Shown: positions 41,845 to 52,655, counted from the first letter of the stretch. The stretch is 64,000 nt of DNA from Candidatus Latescibacterota bacterium (GCA_965226795.1 CBDDDZ010000003.1:1-64000), one strand, 5' to 3'. Program-made: numbers and translations. Notes: a model not told the origin generated them from the sequence alone.

Positions 41845-42609
41845 ATGAATCGGGCGGAATGGGGCGAGGGCCACCGTTATCTGGCTGCCAGGAGGAGAAA
41901 GGGCCCGGACTGGATTGGCAAGTTCCGCGACGGCGGGACGACATTCACTGAGAGGGAAGTGGAACTTCTCGGCGACGTCTCCGGACTGGATGTGTTGCAA
42001 CTGAGCTGCGGAGGCGACGCGAGTCAGGCGTTTTCTTTCGCAAACCTGGGCGCCAGCGTAACGGCCTGTGATTTCAGCCCGGTCGCCATCGAGGAGGCGA
42101 AACAAAACGCGGCCAGGGTTGGTCTGGCCGTGCGGTTCGTCCTTGCCGACGCTCAACGTCTCTCGACGATAGGAGACGGTGCGTTCGACCTTGTACATGC
42201 AGATGGCAACCTGTGGTACTACGAAGACCTTCCCACGGCATGCCGAAACTGGTATCGAGTTCTACGGGCAAACGGCCGATTGTTCCTGCATGAGAACCAC
42301 CCACTCACGCTGTGGTGCCTGGAAGCGGATGAGACCGACGGCAGCCTGAGAGTCGTTCGGAGCTACGGCGACAGGAGGCCGGAATATTCACCGTTTCAAA
42401 TTGACGATTTCGTCTCGAAGGAATCCGACGAAGTGGAGTTTCCCCACACGTTGGCGGACATTTTGAATGCCGTCGTGCAAACCGGCTTCGTCCTGGAGCA
42501 AATGGTGGAATGCAATCTGAGCCAGGCCGGTTTTCCGATAGAGGGACTGGGTCGGTGCGCGGAGAAGCTGCCTCACGACTTCTACGTGCTGGCTCGGAAG
42601 GTTCGCTGA
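41845..42609 (+). CDS. Class I SAM-dependent methyltransferase, possibly 5' truncated by the IS
   Basis: LGDVSGLDVLQLSCGG, VTACDFS, FDLV, VLRANGRL..HP, HTLADILNA. Confidence 0.85.
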   Translation: MNRAEWGEGHRYLAARRRKGPDWIGKFRDGGTTFTEREVELLGDVSGLDVLQLSCGGDASQAFSFANLGASVTACDFSPVAIEEAKQNAARVGLAVRFVLADAQRLSTIGDGAFDLVHADGNLWYYEDLPTACRNWYRVLRANGRLFLHENHPLTLWCLEADETDGSLRVVRSYGDRRPEYSPFQIDDFVSKESDEVEFPHTLADILNAVVQTGFVLEQMVECNLSQAGFPIEGLGRCAEKLPHDFYVLARKVR

Positions 42610-42680
42610 AGCAACGCCACGGCTCCCACCCTGTCAATCCCGGCGCATGACGCCGTCACCGTGGCGCCCTCCCTCGTTCC

Positions 42681-44549
42681 TTATTCGCATACCCCGTAGC
42701 TGTAGACGTGGGATCCGCTCCCGAAGTAGATGCGTCCGTTCAACCAGTCCCCGCCGAAACCGATGGGTACGGGAGACGCAGCCAGCATGGCGAGGCTGTG
42801 GTCATTCGGGTTTACGCGGACGATCCCTTTGACGAACAGCATGTAGACATCGCCATCCGGGCCGGAGACGAAGACACGCGGGCCCTGCTGCATCGCGGTA
42901 AGCCCGAAACGGTGGACGGTCGTTTCGCTGCGCAGGATTTCCCTGGTATCGGGATCGAAGGCGAAAAAACGTTCCCCGTCGGCAACGCCGTAGACCAGGC
43001 CGTCCGGACCCGGACAGAGATCCGTGTACGATTGCACACCGGGGAATGCGACTTCGCGCCACAGGATCCGTCGGGTGTCCGGATCCATCACGAAGAGTTC
43101 GGCTTCTTCCGCCTTCCGCTCGCCGCCCGTGCCGGGATTGGTGGTGGACCCGCCCAGGAGGTTGCCGTCCGGAAGGGCGATCAGGCTCATCGTGCTGTGA
43201 TCGGGGAGAATATCGGTGTGCTCGAGCAGTACGTACGAGCCGGTTTCCCGATCCCAGAATAGCATCCCGCCGCCCGTGTGACCGTAATCCGGTGTGCCCG
43301 CCAGGATGACGGTCTTGCCGTCCGGGTGGGCGAGCAATGTATGCGGGCGGTTGATGGCGGGTTTGCATTCGGTCAGGAAACGTGGGTTGGAACCGGGATT
43401 GTCTTTTTTGGTAGGGACCCAGGGTCTGGCGGGGTCCCATTCCAGCAGAAAACCGCCGGTGTATCCGCCGGCGAAAAAACGGTCCGTCTGCCGGGCAACG
43501 GTGTTCCACTGCCCATGGTTGGGGCGATTCGTCCAACTGTCGGCTTCAGGATCGTAGCTGAAGAAGCGCGCGGGAAAGGTGGTGCCCCCGCAGATGGTGT
43601 TGTCCGGAGCCGCGGCAAGGCCCATCACGTGGGCGCCTTCGGTCGTGTATTCGAAGTCAACTTCCCGGATTTCTCCGGATACGGGATTCTCTACGGACAG
43701 GGTGCGGTTGGCCAGGTCGCACGTCAGGACGCGTTTGCCATCGGGGAAATCCCGGTGGAAAAGGCCTTGGCTGCCCGTGACGATCGGTTTTTCGTTCTGT
43801 GCTTCCAGCGACCCGACAGGTTTACGCGTACCCTTGTAGAGTTCAAGCCAGTTATGGGAATTGTCGCCGGCATGTCCGTATACCTTCCCGTTGAGGTCGC
43901 GGTAGACGTGGCTGCTACCCTGGACGCGTTCGCTTTCGGATAGCATGGGTTCCGCAGTGCCGGAATCCGGTTCCAGGCAGATGATCTGGCTGGCGGTGCT
44001 TCCGATACCGAAGTAGATCCATCCGGCCTCGTCGGCGGCAACCGAACGCGGGTATTGCCGCCAGTTCTGTTTGTAGACGTGACCGTAATCCCTGAACGCG
44101 CGGGTTCGGGGATCGTAAGACAGAACGCCGCTATCCGGATGGGTGGCCGCCCAGATTAGGCCGCTGTCGTCTTCCGTCATACCCATGGCCATCTGCGGTA
44201 CGGTTTCGTGGCAGAACGTAAACGCCCGCTCGCCGGGATCGAAGGCCAGGAAGTGGCTGTGAAAGTGGGTACAGAAGAGGTTGCCGCTGGAGAGAAGGGA
44301 CGAAAAGGGGCACGCATTGAAGTCATCGCCCGGAGGAAAAAGCAGGGGGTACTGTTCGCTGGCGCCGGTCTCCGCGTCGATCAGCAGGAGGGCGTAACAG
44401 CCCCGACGATCGTACAACCAGAGCAGCACCACGTTTCGGCCTTGTCCGTCCACGGTGGCGACAAGCCCCCGGCTGTTGCCGATGTCAGTCGCGACGCCGT
44501 GGTGCCGGAAACCGTTGCCCAGATCCTGTGACACTTGCATTGGCGGCAT
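42681..44549 (-). CDS. Beta-propeller repeat hypothetical protein
   Basis: GAGGAG before ATG 44549; repeated blade-like units (FDP/YDP, GxIYFG, PDG). Confidence 0.8.
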   Translation of the reverse strand: MPPMQVSQDLGNGFRHHGVATDIGNSRGLVATVDGQGRNVVLLWLYDRRGCYALLLIDAETGASEQYPLLFPPGDDFNACPFSSLLSSGNLFCTHFHSHFLAFDPGERAFTFCHETVPQMAMGMTEDDSGLIWAATHPDSGVLSYDPRTRAFRDYGHVYKQNWRQYPRSVAADEAGWIYFGIGSTASQIICLEPDSGTAEPMLSESERVQGSSHVYRDLNGKVYGHAGDNSHNWLELYKGTRKPVGSLEAQNEKPIVTGSQGLFHRDFPDGKRVLTCDLANRTLSVENPVSGEIREVDFEYTTEGAHVMGLAAAPDNTICGGTTFPARFFSYDPEADSWTNRPNHGQWNTVARQTDRFFAGGYTGGFLLEWDPARPWVPTKKDNPGSNPRFLTECKPAINRPHTLLAHPDGKTVILAGTPDYGHTGGGMLFWDRETGSYVLLEHTDILPDHSTMSLIALPDGNLLGGSTTNPGTGGERKAEEAELFVMDPDTRRILWREVAFPGVQSYTDLCPGPDGLVYGVADGERFFAFDPDTREILRSETTVHRFGLTAMQQGPRVFVSGPDGDVYMLFVKGIVRVNPNDHSLAMLAASPVPIGFGGDWLNGRIYFGSGSHVYSYGVCE

Positions 44550-44595
44550 CTCCTCTTTAGCAGTCCGTTGAAAAAGTTGCTCTGCAGGCGAGGCT

Positions 44596-45951
44596 TCAGC
44601 CCGCGTCCGAAAGTCGTCCTTCCATCTCCTTGCGAAGGCGGAAAACGTCGCTGTCTTCGTCGAGTTCCACGTCGGATCGAAGGATCGGCTGGCCCGCAGT
44701 AATTCCACGTTTCAGCCTGAGTGTGTGCGCCAGGCCAATGGGCAGAATATCGCCCTTCACCGCGCCGGCCGCTGGCATGAGTTTGCCGTAAACACGATAT
44801 CCGCCCTCGCCGTCCAAGATTTCTCCCTCGTCAAGATCGCGTTTCGCGGTGGCAACGACGTCTCCGACAAACGCACGGGGGCAGCCGGTCGCTTCGCCGC
44901 GCACCCCCGCGCGCATCACGCTGGTGGCAAGTTCCATGCCGACCAGATGGTAGGGACGGTAGATGGCCGTATAACGTCCGGAGGCATCCGTCGGCAGGCC
45001 GTATTCGGCGAAACAGCGCCGGATATAGTTGCCCGACCCTTCGATGGTGACGTACACGCCCCAGCGAAGGTGCGGGTCGACCGGCGTTCCGTCCGGTTGC
45101 ACGCAGGAGACGACCTCGACCGTTCCCTTGTGCGAGAGTCGACCGCCCGCGCTCCGGGGCCGGCAGACCTCCGGCAGGCGGTCGATTTCGCATGGCGGGA
45201 AGTTCAGACCCTCCGGCTGCGGTTCCAGCCCGGTGGCATTTGAGACAGCGGCCATTTCGATGGCCGATTTCGTTCCGTCCAGGAAGGAATTGAACATCCT
45301 GGGGTTCATCCCGCCGCGAGCCGCGGTTTCCGCGTCAATCCCGTAGTGGTCCCAGACGGTATCGGGCGTCGATGCATGGTAGGCCGGCCGATGTTTCGTG
45401 CCTTTACCGGCGCAGACGACGTCGAATCCGTTGGTCCTCGCCCATTCGACGAGTTCACAAATCAAAGCAGGCTGGTCGCCATAGGCAAGCGAGTAGACGA
45501 GGCCGGCGGATTCCGCCCGTTGCGCCAGTACGGGGCCGGCGAGGACGTCCGCTTCGACGTTGACCATGACCAGATGGCGGCCTTCGTCGATGGCTTTAAG
45601 GGCGTAGTGGATGCCCGCGAGTGGATTGCCGGTGGCTTCGACCACCACGTCGAGTCCATCCGCGCAAACCAAGGCATCGCCGTCGTCGGTAAGGTGGGTG
45701 GCCCCGGTCTTAAGGGCATTGTGGAAGTCCGTTGCGGCGAATTGGCTGGGCGGCCACTCCGCGCGCCCGAGGGCTTCGCGCGCCCGGTCAATGGAGACAT
45801 CGGCCACACCCAGGACATGCAGATCCGGAATGCGCCGGGCCTGGGCCAGGAACATCGTGCCGAATTTTCCGGCGCCGATGAGACCCACCCGAACGGGATT
45901 CCCGGATTCGGCGCGCGCCGATTTCTTTCGCGGGCTACGAGCGTTATGCAT
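44596..45951 (-). CDS. NAD(P)-dependent oxidoreductase, homoserine-dehydrogenase-like with C-terminal SAF domain
   Basis: GLIGAGKFG, VMVNVEAD, GDQPA, DGTKSAIEM, YRPYHL, DVVATAKRDL..LDGEGG. Confidence 0.9.
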   Translation of the reverse strand: MHNARSPRKKSARAESGNPVRVGLIGAGKFGTMFLAQARRIPDLHVLGVADVSIDRAREALGRAEWPPSQFAATDFHNALKTGATHLTDDGDALVCADGLDVVVEATGNPLAGIHYALKAIDEGRHLVMVNVEADVLAGPVLAQRAESAGLVYSLAYGDQPALICELVEWARTNGFDVVCAGKGTKHRPAYHASTPDTVWDHYGIDAETAARGGMNPRMFNSFLDGTKSAIEMAAVSNATGLEPQPEGLNFPPCEIDRLPEVCRPRSAGGRLSHKGTVEVVSCVQPDGTPVDPHLRWGVYVTIEGSGNYIRRCFAEYGLPTDASGRYTAIYRPYHLVGMELATSVMRAGVRGEATGCPRAFVGDVVATAKRDLDEGEILDGEGGYRVYGKLMPAAGAVKGDILPIGLAHTLRLKRGITAGQPILRSDVELDEDSDVFRLRKEMEGRLSDAG

Positions 45952-46050
45952 ACCGCACCTTGAAATGCGAAAAGCCTTGGGTGCCGCGGAGAAATACAAT
46001 GGACCAGGTCCCGGATCGAATTCCAGGTTCATCCGAGACCGGATATGCCA

Positions 46051-46896
46051 CTAACGACCGTCTTCGAAGCAGGCGCCCATGTCCTCCAGGAACTGTCCGG
46101 ACTCTACCCTGCGATACCGTTCCACGTGACAATGGCCGGTTCGAGAGTCTTCCACCAGGTCCGCAGCCGAGGAATGCCCCGCCGACAACCCTTCAAGTTG
46201 GGACAGCCTGTAACGGCTTGTCTGTACAACCTCGTTCACGTTCGATCTGGCGCGGATTTCGACATCGGGTTCCGCGGATCTGTAGTAATGCACGGATTTC
46301 AGGTACGTCCGCATCATCTTGAACGCGTAATCCGGAAGACGCGACTCGCGCCCGCCGGGAACGAAGGACTCGGGCCAGAGGAGTCGATTGATCTGGAGAT
46401 CGAACGCCTTCTTCAGCGCGCCTGAAACGCTGCCGTCAGACGGAACCCACTTCGAGTCGGGCCAGACGTCCAGGTTGCCCCACGGCCATCCCAGACGTTC
46501 CTTATCCAGTGTAAGGCGACCGCTGCCGGTATTGACGCCTTTTTCCGAAACGTCGAGAATGGCGAAGTGCTGCGGATAAATGAAGAAGTCATCCCCCCGT
46601 GCCCGCCAGGCATCGTAAAAGGCCGTGGTTAGCGCCAGAATCGCGTACGAGGCGTGGAGGATGCCGTCTTCGAGGCAGGGCGAGACGATTCCCGTACGAT
46701 CTGACTCAACGTAATCGGGACAGAATTCCTTGAAGGGGACGGACGTAAGGCCGTTCCCCCCACACTTCCAATATTCGAAATCCCGTGCGGCAAGGACTCT
46801 GCTGGTATGCATATCGGGTAACCTCGCGAACAGCGATAAACCGGCACTGCGTTGGGGCGAGTCTTCCACGGGCGGCGTGGATTCGGGAATCCTCAA
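46051..46896 (-). CDS. Hypothetical protein
   Basis: 281-aa ORF overlapping the upstream stop codon in a co-oriented string. Confidence 0.7.
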   Translation of the reverse strand: MRIPESTPPVEDSPQRSAGLSLFARLPDMHTSRVLAARDFEYWKCGGNGLTSVPFKEFCPDYVESDRTGIVSPCLEDGILHASYAILALTTAFYDAWRARGDDFFIYPQHFAILDVSEKGVNTGSGRLTLDKERLGWPWGNLDVWPDSKWVPSDGSVSGALKKAFDLQINRLLWPESFVPGGRESRLPDYAFKMMRTYLKSVHYYRSAEPDVEIRARSNVNEVVQTSRYRLSQLEGLSAGHSSAADLVEDSRTGHCHVERYRRVESGQFLEDMGACFEDGR

Positions 46897-47612
46897 TTCG
46901 TCTCGCCGGAGGAAACAGCGTCGTTTTGAGGGACGTCACGTGCGTCCCGGATATGACCCCTCCGCACCGCCGACCTCATGGATCGATACATCGCGTAGAC
47001 GGAAATCAGGGCCCAGACCAGAGCAATCGGATAAGCCAGAAGCGGCGTGTCCCAATGCCGGGCGAGGATGCCCGCATCGGTGCGTTCGGTATACATCCAG
47101 AGATCGGTGCGGAAGTCGTAGAGGCTGTAAAGGCACAACATCACGCCGAGCCACGTGGCCACCCAACGCGCGACGCCTGGCAGCAGGACGGCCGGGATCA
47201 GAAGAAGGAGACCGCTCGCGATACCGAACATGAAATCGATGCTGGCCAGGGGTGTGTAGAGTACGGTCATACCGATGGCGAGGCCGCCGATCCCGGCAAG
47301 TAGAATGCGCTGCAGCAGCGGCCAGGAACTGACGAAAATGAAAAAGGCGCCCAGGAAAGCGGAACCGACGTAGCCGGCAGAGGCGATGACCGGAAAAATG
47401 CCGCCCCGGCTCTGCGCGTGGCCGGATTCGTCCCAGTTGACGCGGATTTCAAGGACTTCGCCCCCGGTTGCGAGGGCGGCGCCCGCGTGGCACATTTCGT
47501 GTACCAGGACCACGAAGACCCTGAAGGGTTTGATGAAGGGCGTGTCCCAGAACGCCAGCGCGACGATGGCGCAGACGATCGCGGGCCAGAAACGTTTGAG
47601 GGCTGCCAGCAT
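46893..47612 (-). CDS. M50 (M50B-like) membrane metallopeptidase
   Basis: HEMCH, TGG, ASAGY, TDA; multiple TM helices. Confidence 0.9.
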   Translation of the reverse strand: MLAALKRFWPAIVCAIVALAFWDTPFIKPFRVFVVLVHEMCHAGAALATGGEVLEIRVNWDESGHAQSRGGIFPVIASAGYVGSAFLGAFFIFVSSWPLLQRILLAGIGGLAIGMTVLYTPLASIDFMFGIASGLLLLIPAVLLPGVARWVATWLGVMLCLYSLYDFRTDLWMYTERTDAGILARHWDTPLLAYPIALVWALISVYAMYRSMRSAVRRGHIRDARDVPQNDAVSSGETN

Positions 47613-47614
47613 TT

Positions 47615-48337
47615 CTATTCCTGGTACCTGTTTACAATCCTGAGGTCGGTTTTTCCCGACTCCGCGTGGATGAACTTGACAAGCAGGGAGACTCTGTTTG
47701 CTTCGTTAAGCACGTTCCAGTAGAAGTTGCACGTCATTTCAATCCTGTCATGCAGTTCGACGGCATACGGTTCGCCGGAAAACGCAGGCGGCGGATTTCC
47801 GTCGTCTCGGTACGTGGTAATGCAGTGGCCGATTCCTGGTATCGCCGTCTCGTAGCTGAAGTAATGTCTGGCAGCGATATCGCCGCCTCGGTCCAGGGCT
47901 TTGAGAATCGCGAGCTTGTAGTCGGCGCACGGGTCCTCCAGGTTGACAATGCCCGCGATACGTGGCGTAAGGATGGGGGGATCGGGTTCGAAGGATCGGG
48001 TATTCAGGGCGGATTCGAAGGTGCCGCCGCTGCGAAGCGCGTCGTAGATGGTATCCGTCTGGTCACCGTTGGACACGATGTGACAGGCGTTGGCGACTCT
48101 GATGGGACAATAGACAACCAGAGCGGGATTCTCCAGCGCGGATTCGTCGAAGGCCCGGGTTCTGACAACATCGTTTTCGGCGACAAACATCCGGTTTCGG
48201 CTTCCAGGGCTTCTGCCCATGATCCAGTAGACCTGGACGAGGTGTCCGGCATCCGGAGTCTGGCCGATGATGATCCCGCGTCCCGGATATACGGAATCTC
48301 TGAGCGCGTCCAGGTTGGTTTCAACGGCTCGGCCCAA
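47615..48337 (-). CDS. IMP cyclohydrolase (PurO-like)
   Basis: YPGRGI, YWIMGRS..SRNR, IVSNGDQTD, FEPD..TPRI. Confidence 0.85.
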   Translation of the reverse strand: MGRAVETNLDALRDSVYPGRGIIIGQTPDAGHLVQVYWIMGRSPGSRNRMFVAENDVVRTRAFDESALENPALVVYCPIRVANACHIVSNGDQTDTIYDALRSGGTFESALNTRSFEPDPPILTPRIAGIVNLEDPCADYKLAILKALDRGGDIAARHYFSYETAIPGIGHCITTYRDDGNPPPAFSGEPYAVELHDRIEMTCNFYWNVLNEANRVSLLVKFIHAESGKTDLRIVNRYQE

Positions 48338-48372
48338 TTCGCGGCTCTCCTTATTTTCCTTCCCGGCACGAA

Positions 48373-49242
48373 CTATGCGGCAAGGGTGTCGTAGACCGCT
48401 CTTGCAAGTGCGGCCAGGCTGAGGTCGACGACCATTCGGTCCGGGCATTTCAACTCCCTGGCCATTATGGCAACCGTATATGGACCGGTCGGCGAATAGA
48501 CGATGCCCACGTCGGCACGCACACCGAAATAAAAACCCGTCTTGTGCGCCACACGCGTTCCAACAGGCAGCGCATGGGGAATAACGGTTCTGAGTTGCTG
48601 CCGTTCGAGAATGTGCAGGGCGTCTTCCCGGGATGCGGGTGAAAGGATATTGCCGGAATAGAGCATTTCAAGCAATTTGCACATATCGCCGGGGGAGGAA
48701 ACGTCGGAACGCGCGATGTCGTACCCCGAGCCATCCGGTACGCATTCCTGGTTGAACAGCCGTTTCGCGCACAGGTCATAGGTATGGTCGGGATTGTTAG
48801 GATCAAGACCGACGACGACGAAGAGCAGTTGCCTGCAGGTCATCGGGATACGGGTTTTGGACAGGCCGAGTTGCTGAATCGTTTGGTTGAGATTGTATCC
48901 TCCCACAAGGTTGTACAGGCAATCCGTTGCGGTGTTGTCGCTGATGATAATCATCAGCATGGCCAGATCGCGAACGGTGGGGTTCAGACCCTCTGCCATT
49001 TCCTTCAGAATACCCGAGCCGGGAACACGAAGATCCCTGGTGATCTCGATGTGCTGGTCCAGGTCGATATCGCCCCGGTCCACCTGCCGATAAAGTTCGA
49101 CCAAAAGGGGAACTTTCAGCGTGCTGGCCGTGAAGAACACGTGGTCGGCATTGTGTTCAATGCGCCGGCCGGTTTCCAGGTGTCTGGCCGACACACCCAC
49201 GGTCCCCTCGATCCTCGAGATGGCGGTTTCGATAGATGTCAT
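48373..49242 (-). CDS. Class A beta-lactamase-like serine hydrolase
   Basis: SxxK (STLK), SDN and HKTG motifs; no signal peptide. Confidence 0.9.
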   Translation of the reverse strand: MTSIETAISRIEGTVGVSARHLETGRRIEHNADHVFFTASTLKVPLLVELYRQVDRGDIDLDQHIEITRDLRVPGSGILKEMAEGLNPTVRDLAMLMIIISDNTATDCLYNLVGGYNLNQTIQQLGLSKTRIPMTCRQLLFVVVGLDPNNPDHTYDLCAKRLFNQECVPDGSGYDIARSDVSSPGDMCKLLEMLYSGNILSPASREDALHILERQQLRTVIPHALPVGTRVAHKTGFYFGVRADVGIVYSPTGPYTVAIMARELKCPDRMVVDLSLAALARAVYDTLAA

Positions 49243-49362
49243 TTCAAATTATCCAAGGTTTGCGCTTCGGTTTTTGCCTTGTCTCCCGTCTTACCTCTCG
49301 CGGCCTTTTTTTCCCTTTCTAACGTCTTCCGTCTCGCCTCTCCCGTCTTGCGTCTACCCGGT

Positions 49363-51276
49363 TTATGGTATCGCCATTGAGAGTACTTTTTGCTTCAATG
49401 CGCCGTAGCGACGGGTCTCATACGCCGGCAACTGGCTTTCGCGCAGGTCAAACCCGAACGCGCGTTTGCTGAGTACAATGATCGGCGGCGCCTGGACACG
49501 CTTGAAATAGTTGACCCGCACCTGCTGCTCGATCCACTCCAGGTCTTCAATCCAGCTGTTCACGTCCGGGAACCAGGCCTGGAATTGCTCCCGGTCATTC
49601 CACCCGATCTCGTCCAGCAGGATTCCATCCAGGAACCACTGCAGAAAATCGACGGGGTGTTTCCGATACTCGATGATCTGGCGAAGTATGGCATCGTGGT
49701 ACCCGTATTTGATCGGATCCCCCAGACCCCGGGTCACGTCCTGGGCTTCCGACAATTCCGCACTGGGCACCGTCTCCCCGCTAATCAGGTTTTCCGGAAT
49801 GACCTCGCTTCCAAACACGTGCGCGTTCAGGAACCGCGCCAGTTGCAGGACCTGTACCTTATACAGGTCTGCAATAGGGGCTACGGCGCCGTTCACGTCG
49901 CCATAAAGCGTGGCGTATCCCAGCGCCGTCTCGGTCTTGTTGCCGTTGTTCGTAAAGACCAGCCCGAACTTCGCGGCCAATGCGGCGAGAATATCCGCCC
50001 CACGAATGCGCGCCTGGAGGTTCTCGTCGACGAGACGGGTATAGTCGCCCGGCGACCTGGAGAAGCTTACGCCCCTGATCTTCTCGGACAGGTTCTCGTA
50101 CAGATCCTGGATCGGGCAACTCAGGTAGTCCACCTCGAGCATCCGGCAGACCTGCCTCGCGTTCTTCTGCGTGACGGACGAGTTGAACCGGGTTGGCATA
50201 TTCACCGCGTACACGCGCTCGGGTCCGAAGGCCTGGGCGAGCATGCAAGTCACCACGCTCGAATCGATCCCTCCACTGGCGCCCACCAGGAATTGGTTCT
50301 CTTTCTCCCGGATATCGTCGAGGTGCCGCAGTCCGGTCAGTATGGCGTCGTAGATCGCGGCGACCTCGTCCTGAGAAGAAGCGGGCGGGTCTCCGCCCTG
50401 GCTCGATATAATCTGCTGCCGCCATGGCTGCGCGCGCCTCAGAATCTCTCCCGACGCGGAATACACCGTCGAATCGCCGTCGAAAACGATGATATTCTTG
50501 CCGTTGTTCTGCGCCCCGACCTGATTGACGTAAAAAACAGGAATGGGAGAACGGCGCAGAATCTCCCTGACAACCCGGTTGCGCTTCAGATTCTTCTGCC
50601 ACGTCCAGGGAGAAGACGACAGATTGAACAGCGCCTGCGCCCCGCGGTCGTAGAACACGCGCAGCGTATCCAGCGTATCTTCTCCGTAGCCGTAGTCCTG
50701 GCACCATATATCTTCACAGAGTTGCACGCCGAACGGAAACGTCCGGCCGTCCCTCAAGCGGACCTCAAAGGGCCTGATCCAGTCGTAAACCGATCTCCCG
50801 CAAGCATCGGCGAGTTTCCGGAGCGAGTAGAAGTGGCGGTCGTCGTCGAAGAACCGGTAGTTCGGATGCAGCGTCTTGGGATGCACCCCGGCGGGCAACC
50901 CGGAAGGGACCTCGTTGCGCGTCACATAGCGGCCGTCGGCGCAGACATGGACGGCGTTGTACTTTCGTATCCGGCCGTCCTCCCCAATGTTCGCCCGATC
51001 CACCGCCACGTTCCCGAAGAGTACGATAATGTCCTGACTCGCTTCCCGGATCGTTTCGCTGTATGCCGCGAAATCCTCAACGAGCGCGTCCACCTCCCAC
51101 AGGTCGCCCAGGATATAGCCGGAAATGCAGAGTTCCGAAAAAACGATCAGTTCCGCGCCTTCTGCCCTCCCTTTGTCGATGTAATACAGCATCCGATCCA
51201 CGTTCAGATCCGGGCGTGCCGCCTTCACATCCATCTGGACCAGAGCGATTTCGGGCAACGCGTCAACGCCAGTCAT
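49363..51276 (-). CDS. nadE: Glutamine-dependent NAD+ synthetase
   Basis: Nitrilase domain (ELC..GY, CEDIW) plus SGGIDS, ENLQARIRG, GNKTE..GYATLYGD, PSAEL. Confidence 0.95.
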   Translation of the reverse strand: MTGVDALPEIALVQMDVKAARPDLNVDRMLYYIDKGRAEGAELIVFSELCISGYILGDLWEVDALVEDFAAYSETIREASQDIIVLFGNVAVDRANIGEDGRIRKYNAVHVCADGRYVTRNEVPSGLPAGVHPKTLHPNYRFFDDDRHFYSLRKLADACGRSVYDWIRPFEVRLRDGRTFPFGVQLCEDIWCQDYGYGEDTLDTLRVFYDRGAQALFNLSSSPWTWQKNLKRNRVVREILRRSPIPVFYVNQVGAQNNGKNIIVFDGDSTVYSASGEILRRAQPWRQQIISSQGGDPPASSQDEVAAIYDAILTGLRHLDDIREKENQFLVGASGGIDSSVVTCMLAQAFGPERVYAVNMPTRFNSSVTQKNARQVCRMLEVDYLSCPIQDLYENLSEKIRGVSFSRSPGDYTRLVDENLQARIRGADILAALAAKFGLVFTNNGNKTETALGYATLYGDVNGAVAPIADLYKVQVLQLARFLNAHVFGSEVIPENLISGETVPSAELSEAQDVTRGLGDPIKYGYHDAILRQIIEYRKHPVDFLQWFLDGILLDEIGWNDREQFQAWFPDVNSWIEDLEWIEQQVRVNYFKRVQAPPIIVLSKRAFGFDLRESQLPAYETRRYGALKQKVLSMAIP

Positions 51277-51331
51277 ATCTGCCGAGCCAAAGATGAAGGT
51301 TTGGTTTGACCTTCCCAACCCAACGCATTAC

Positions 51332-52639
51332 CTACGAAATGCCGAGGGACCGACTCACGGCGGCGTGAATCCGATCCTCGGTGGCGGCCACGTAGGGCCC
51401 CGTTCGCTTCCAGTATTGCTGGCTGAACCAGACTTCGTAGCCGCCTTCGGGAATCTGGCGCGTGACGGGGACGTAGCCGATGATGTCATTGGTATATGCC
51501 AGAACCAGGACGTTGTCGAAATGCGGACCCAGTTCCCGTTTCAGGCGCAAGCCATGCTCGACAGTCATTTCCCCTGCAAGTGTGACCACCGCCAGGGCAT
51601 TTCCGAAACGTACCGTCTGAACTTCAAACGGGATGGTCGTGGGTGCGGGAACATTCTTTTCGACGCATTCAAACAGATGTCGCGCCCACGCCTGAACAAA
51701 CGCCCGGTTGTCTTTCAGGCCGGCCCTCACGAGGTCCATGTCGATGGGTTCGGTTTCCAGACCGAGGACGGTCTGGCACACCGAAATCGGACCAGTGACC
51801 GGCTCGAGGGCGCCCGAGGCGAGGACATGGACCACGGATTCCCCCAGGCGGCCACCGATGTCTCGGATTTCATCGACGGTGCGCGGCACGAAACGATCCT
51901 TCGCGGGGTCGACGGGTCTTGTTTTCTGGTCTCCGGCGCAGCCCTGGAGAAAAAATGCCGCGGCGCCCGGAACCATTGCTTCCACGTGGTCATAGGCGAA
52001 ACAGACGTAGTCGCCGCCGATGAGGGTGCCGCTCCGGCTCGTGGGGTGGCACGCGTAGCTGAAGATCACACTTCGCAGTTCGCCGTCCGGAGATTCGACG
52101 ACCAGGACGGGAACTTCGTGGTCGTGAGGCGCTTCAGCATCGGGGTTCCACTCGATGCCACCCTTCCCGTCGGGCTTTCGGCGGGAGACGGCGATATCAC
52201 AATTCCCGGTTCCGAAACGAAGCCGGGCGGGCTGGCGGGACTCCCAGGCCGTTCTAGCGCTACGGGTGACCCGTTCGAATAGTTGTTCGATGTAGTTCTC
52301 GTCCAGGTCGCCGTGGCGCTGCCGGTCCATTTCACGAATACAGGGGCCGCAGTGGGTGTGGGTTCCGCTGAGAATGATGCTCGACGGCGCTAGGCCCGTC
52401 GCCGCCGAGATGCGGGACCGAACCTGGTCCGTGTGTTCGTAGAAACCCAGGATCTCTGCGCTGACGATGAGCAATGGGCTTGTGCCGTCGTCTATGGCAA
52501 TGGCGTTGGCCTTCAGAGGATGATAGACGGCCGTGGAGGGTTCGGTGCGGGCGGCGAACCCGGCCATATGGATACCGACCGGTGGCGTGATGTCATCGCC
52601 GCACACACCGATCCGGTAGGTGTCGTTGGATATCGTCAT
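51332..52639 (-). CDS. Neutral/alkaline ceramidase-like hydrolase
   Basis: DITPP..MAGF, GTHTHCGP, YACHP, GCAGDQ, LAGE, GYVP..EGGYE. Confidence 0.85.
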   Translation of the reverse strand: MTISNDTYRIGVCGDDITPPVGIHMAGFAARTEPSTAVYHPLKANAIAIDDGTSPLLIVSAEILGFYEHTDQVRSRISAATGLAPSSIILSGTHTHCGPCIREMDRQRHGDLDENYIEQLFERVTRSARTAWESRQPARLRFGTGNCDIAVSRRKPDGKGGIEWNPDAEAPHDHEVPVLVVESPDGELRSVIFSYACHPTSRSGTLIGGDYVCFAYDHVEAMVPGAAAFFLQGCAGDQKTRPVDPAKDRFVPRTVDEIRDIGGRLGESVVHVLASGALEPVTGPISVCQTVLGLETEPIDMDLVRAGLKDNRAFVQAWARHLFECVEKNVPAPTTIPFEVQTVRFGNALAVVTLAGEMTVEHGLRLKRELGPHFDNVLVLAYTNDIIGYVPVTRQIPEGGYEVWFSQQYWKRTGPYVAATEDRIHAAVSRSLGIS

Positions 52640-52655
52640 GCGACAAGCTCCGTGA

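Noticed and set aside
48373..49242. Antibiotic-resistance beta-lactamase
   Set aside because: Family motifs only; no signal peptide and a metabolic context, so called a serine hydrolase.
49390..51309. 639-aa + strand ORF and other long antisense ORFs (e.g. 5835..7589, 40189..41184)
   Set aside because: Shadow frames of clear genes in GC-rich DNA; no motifs.
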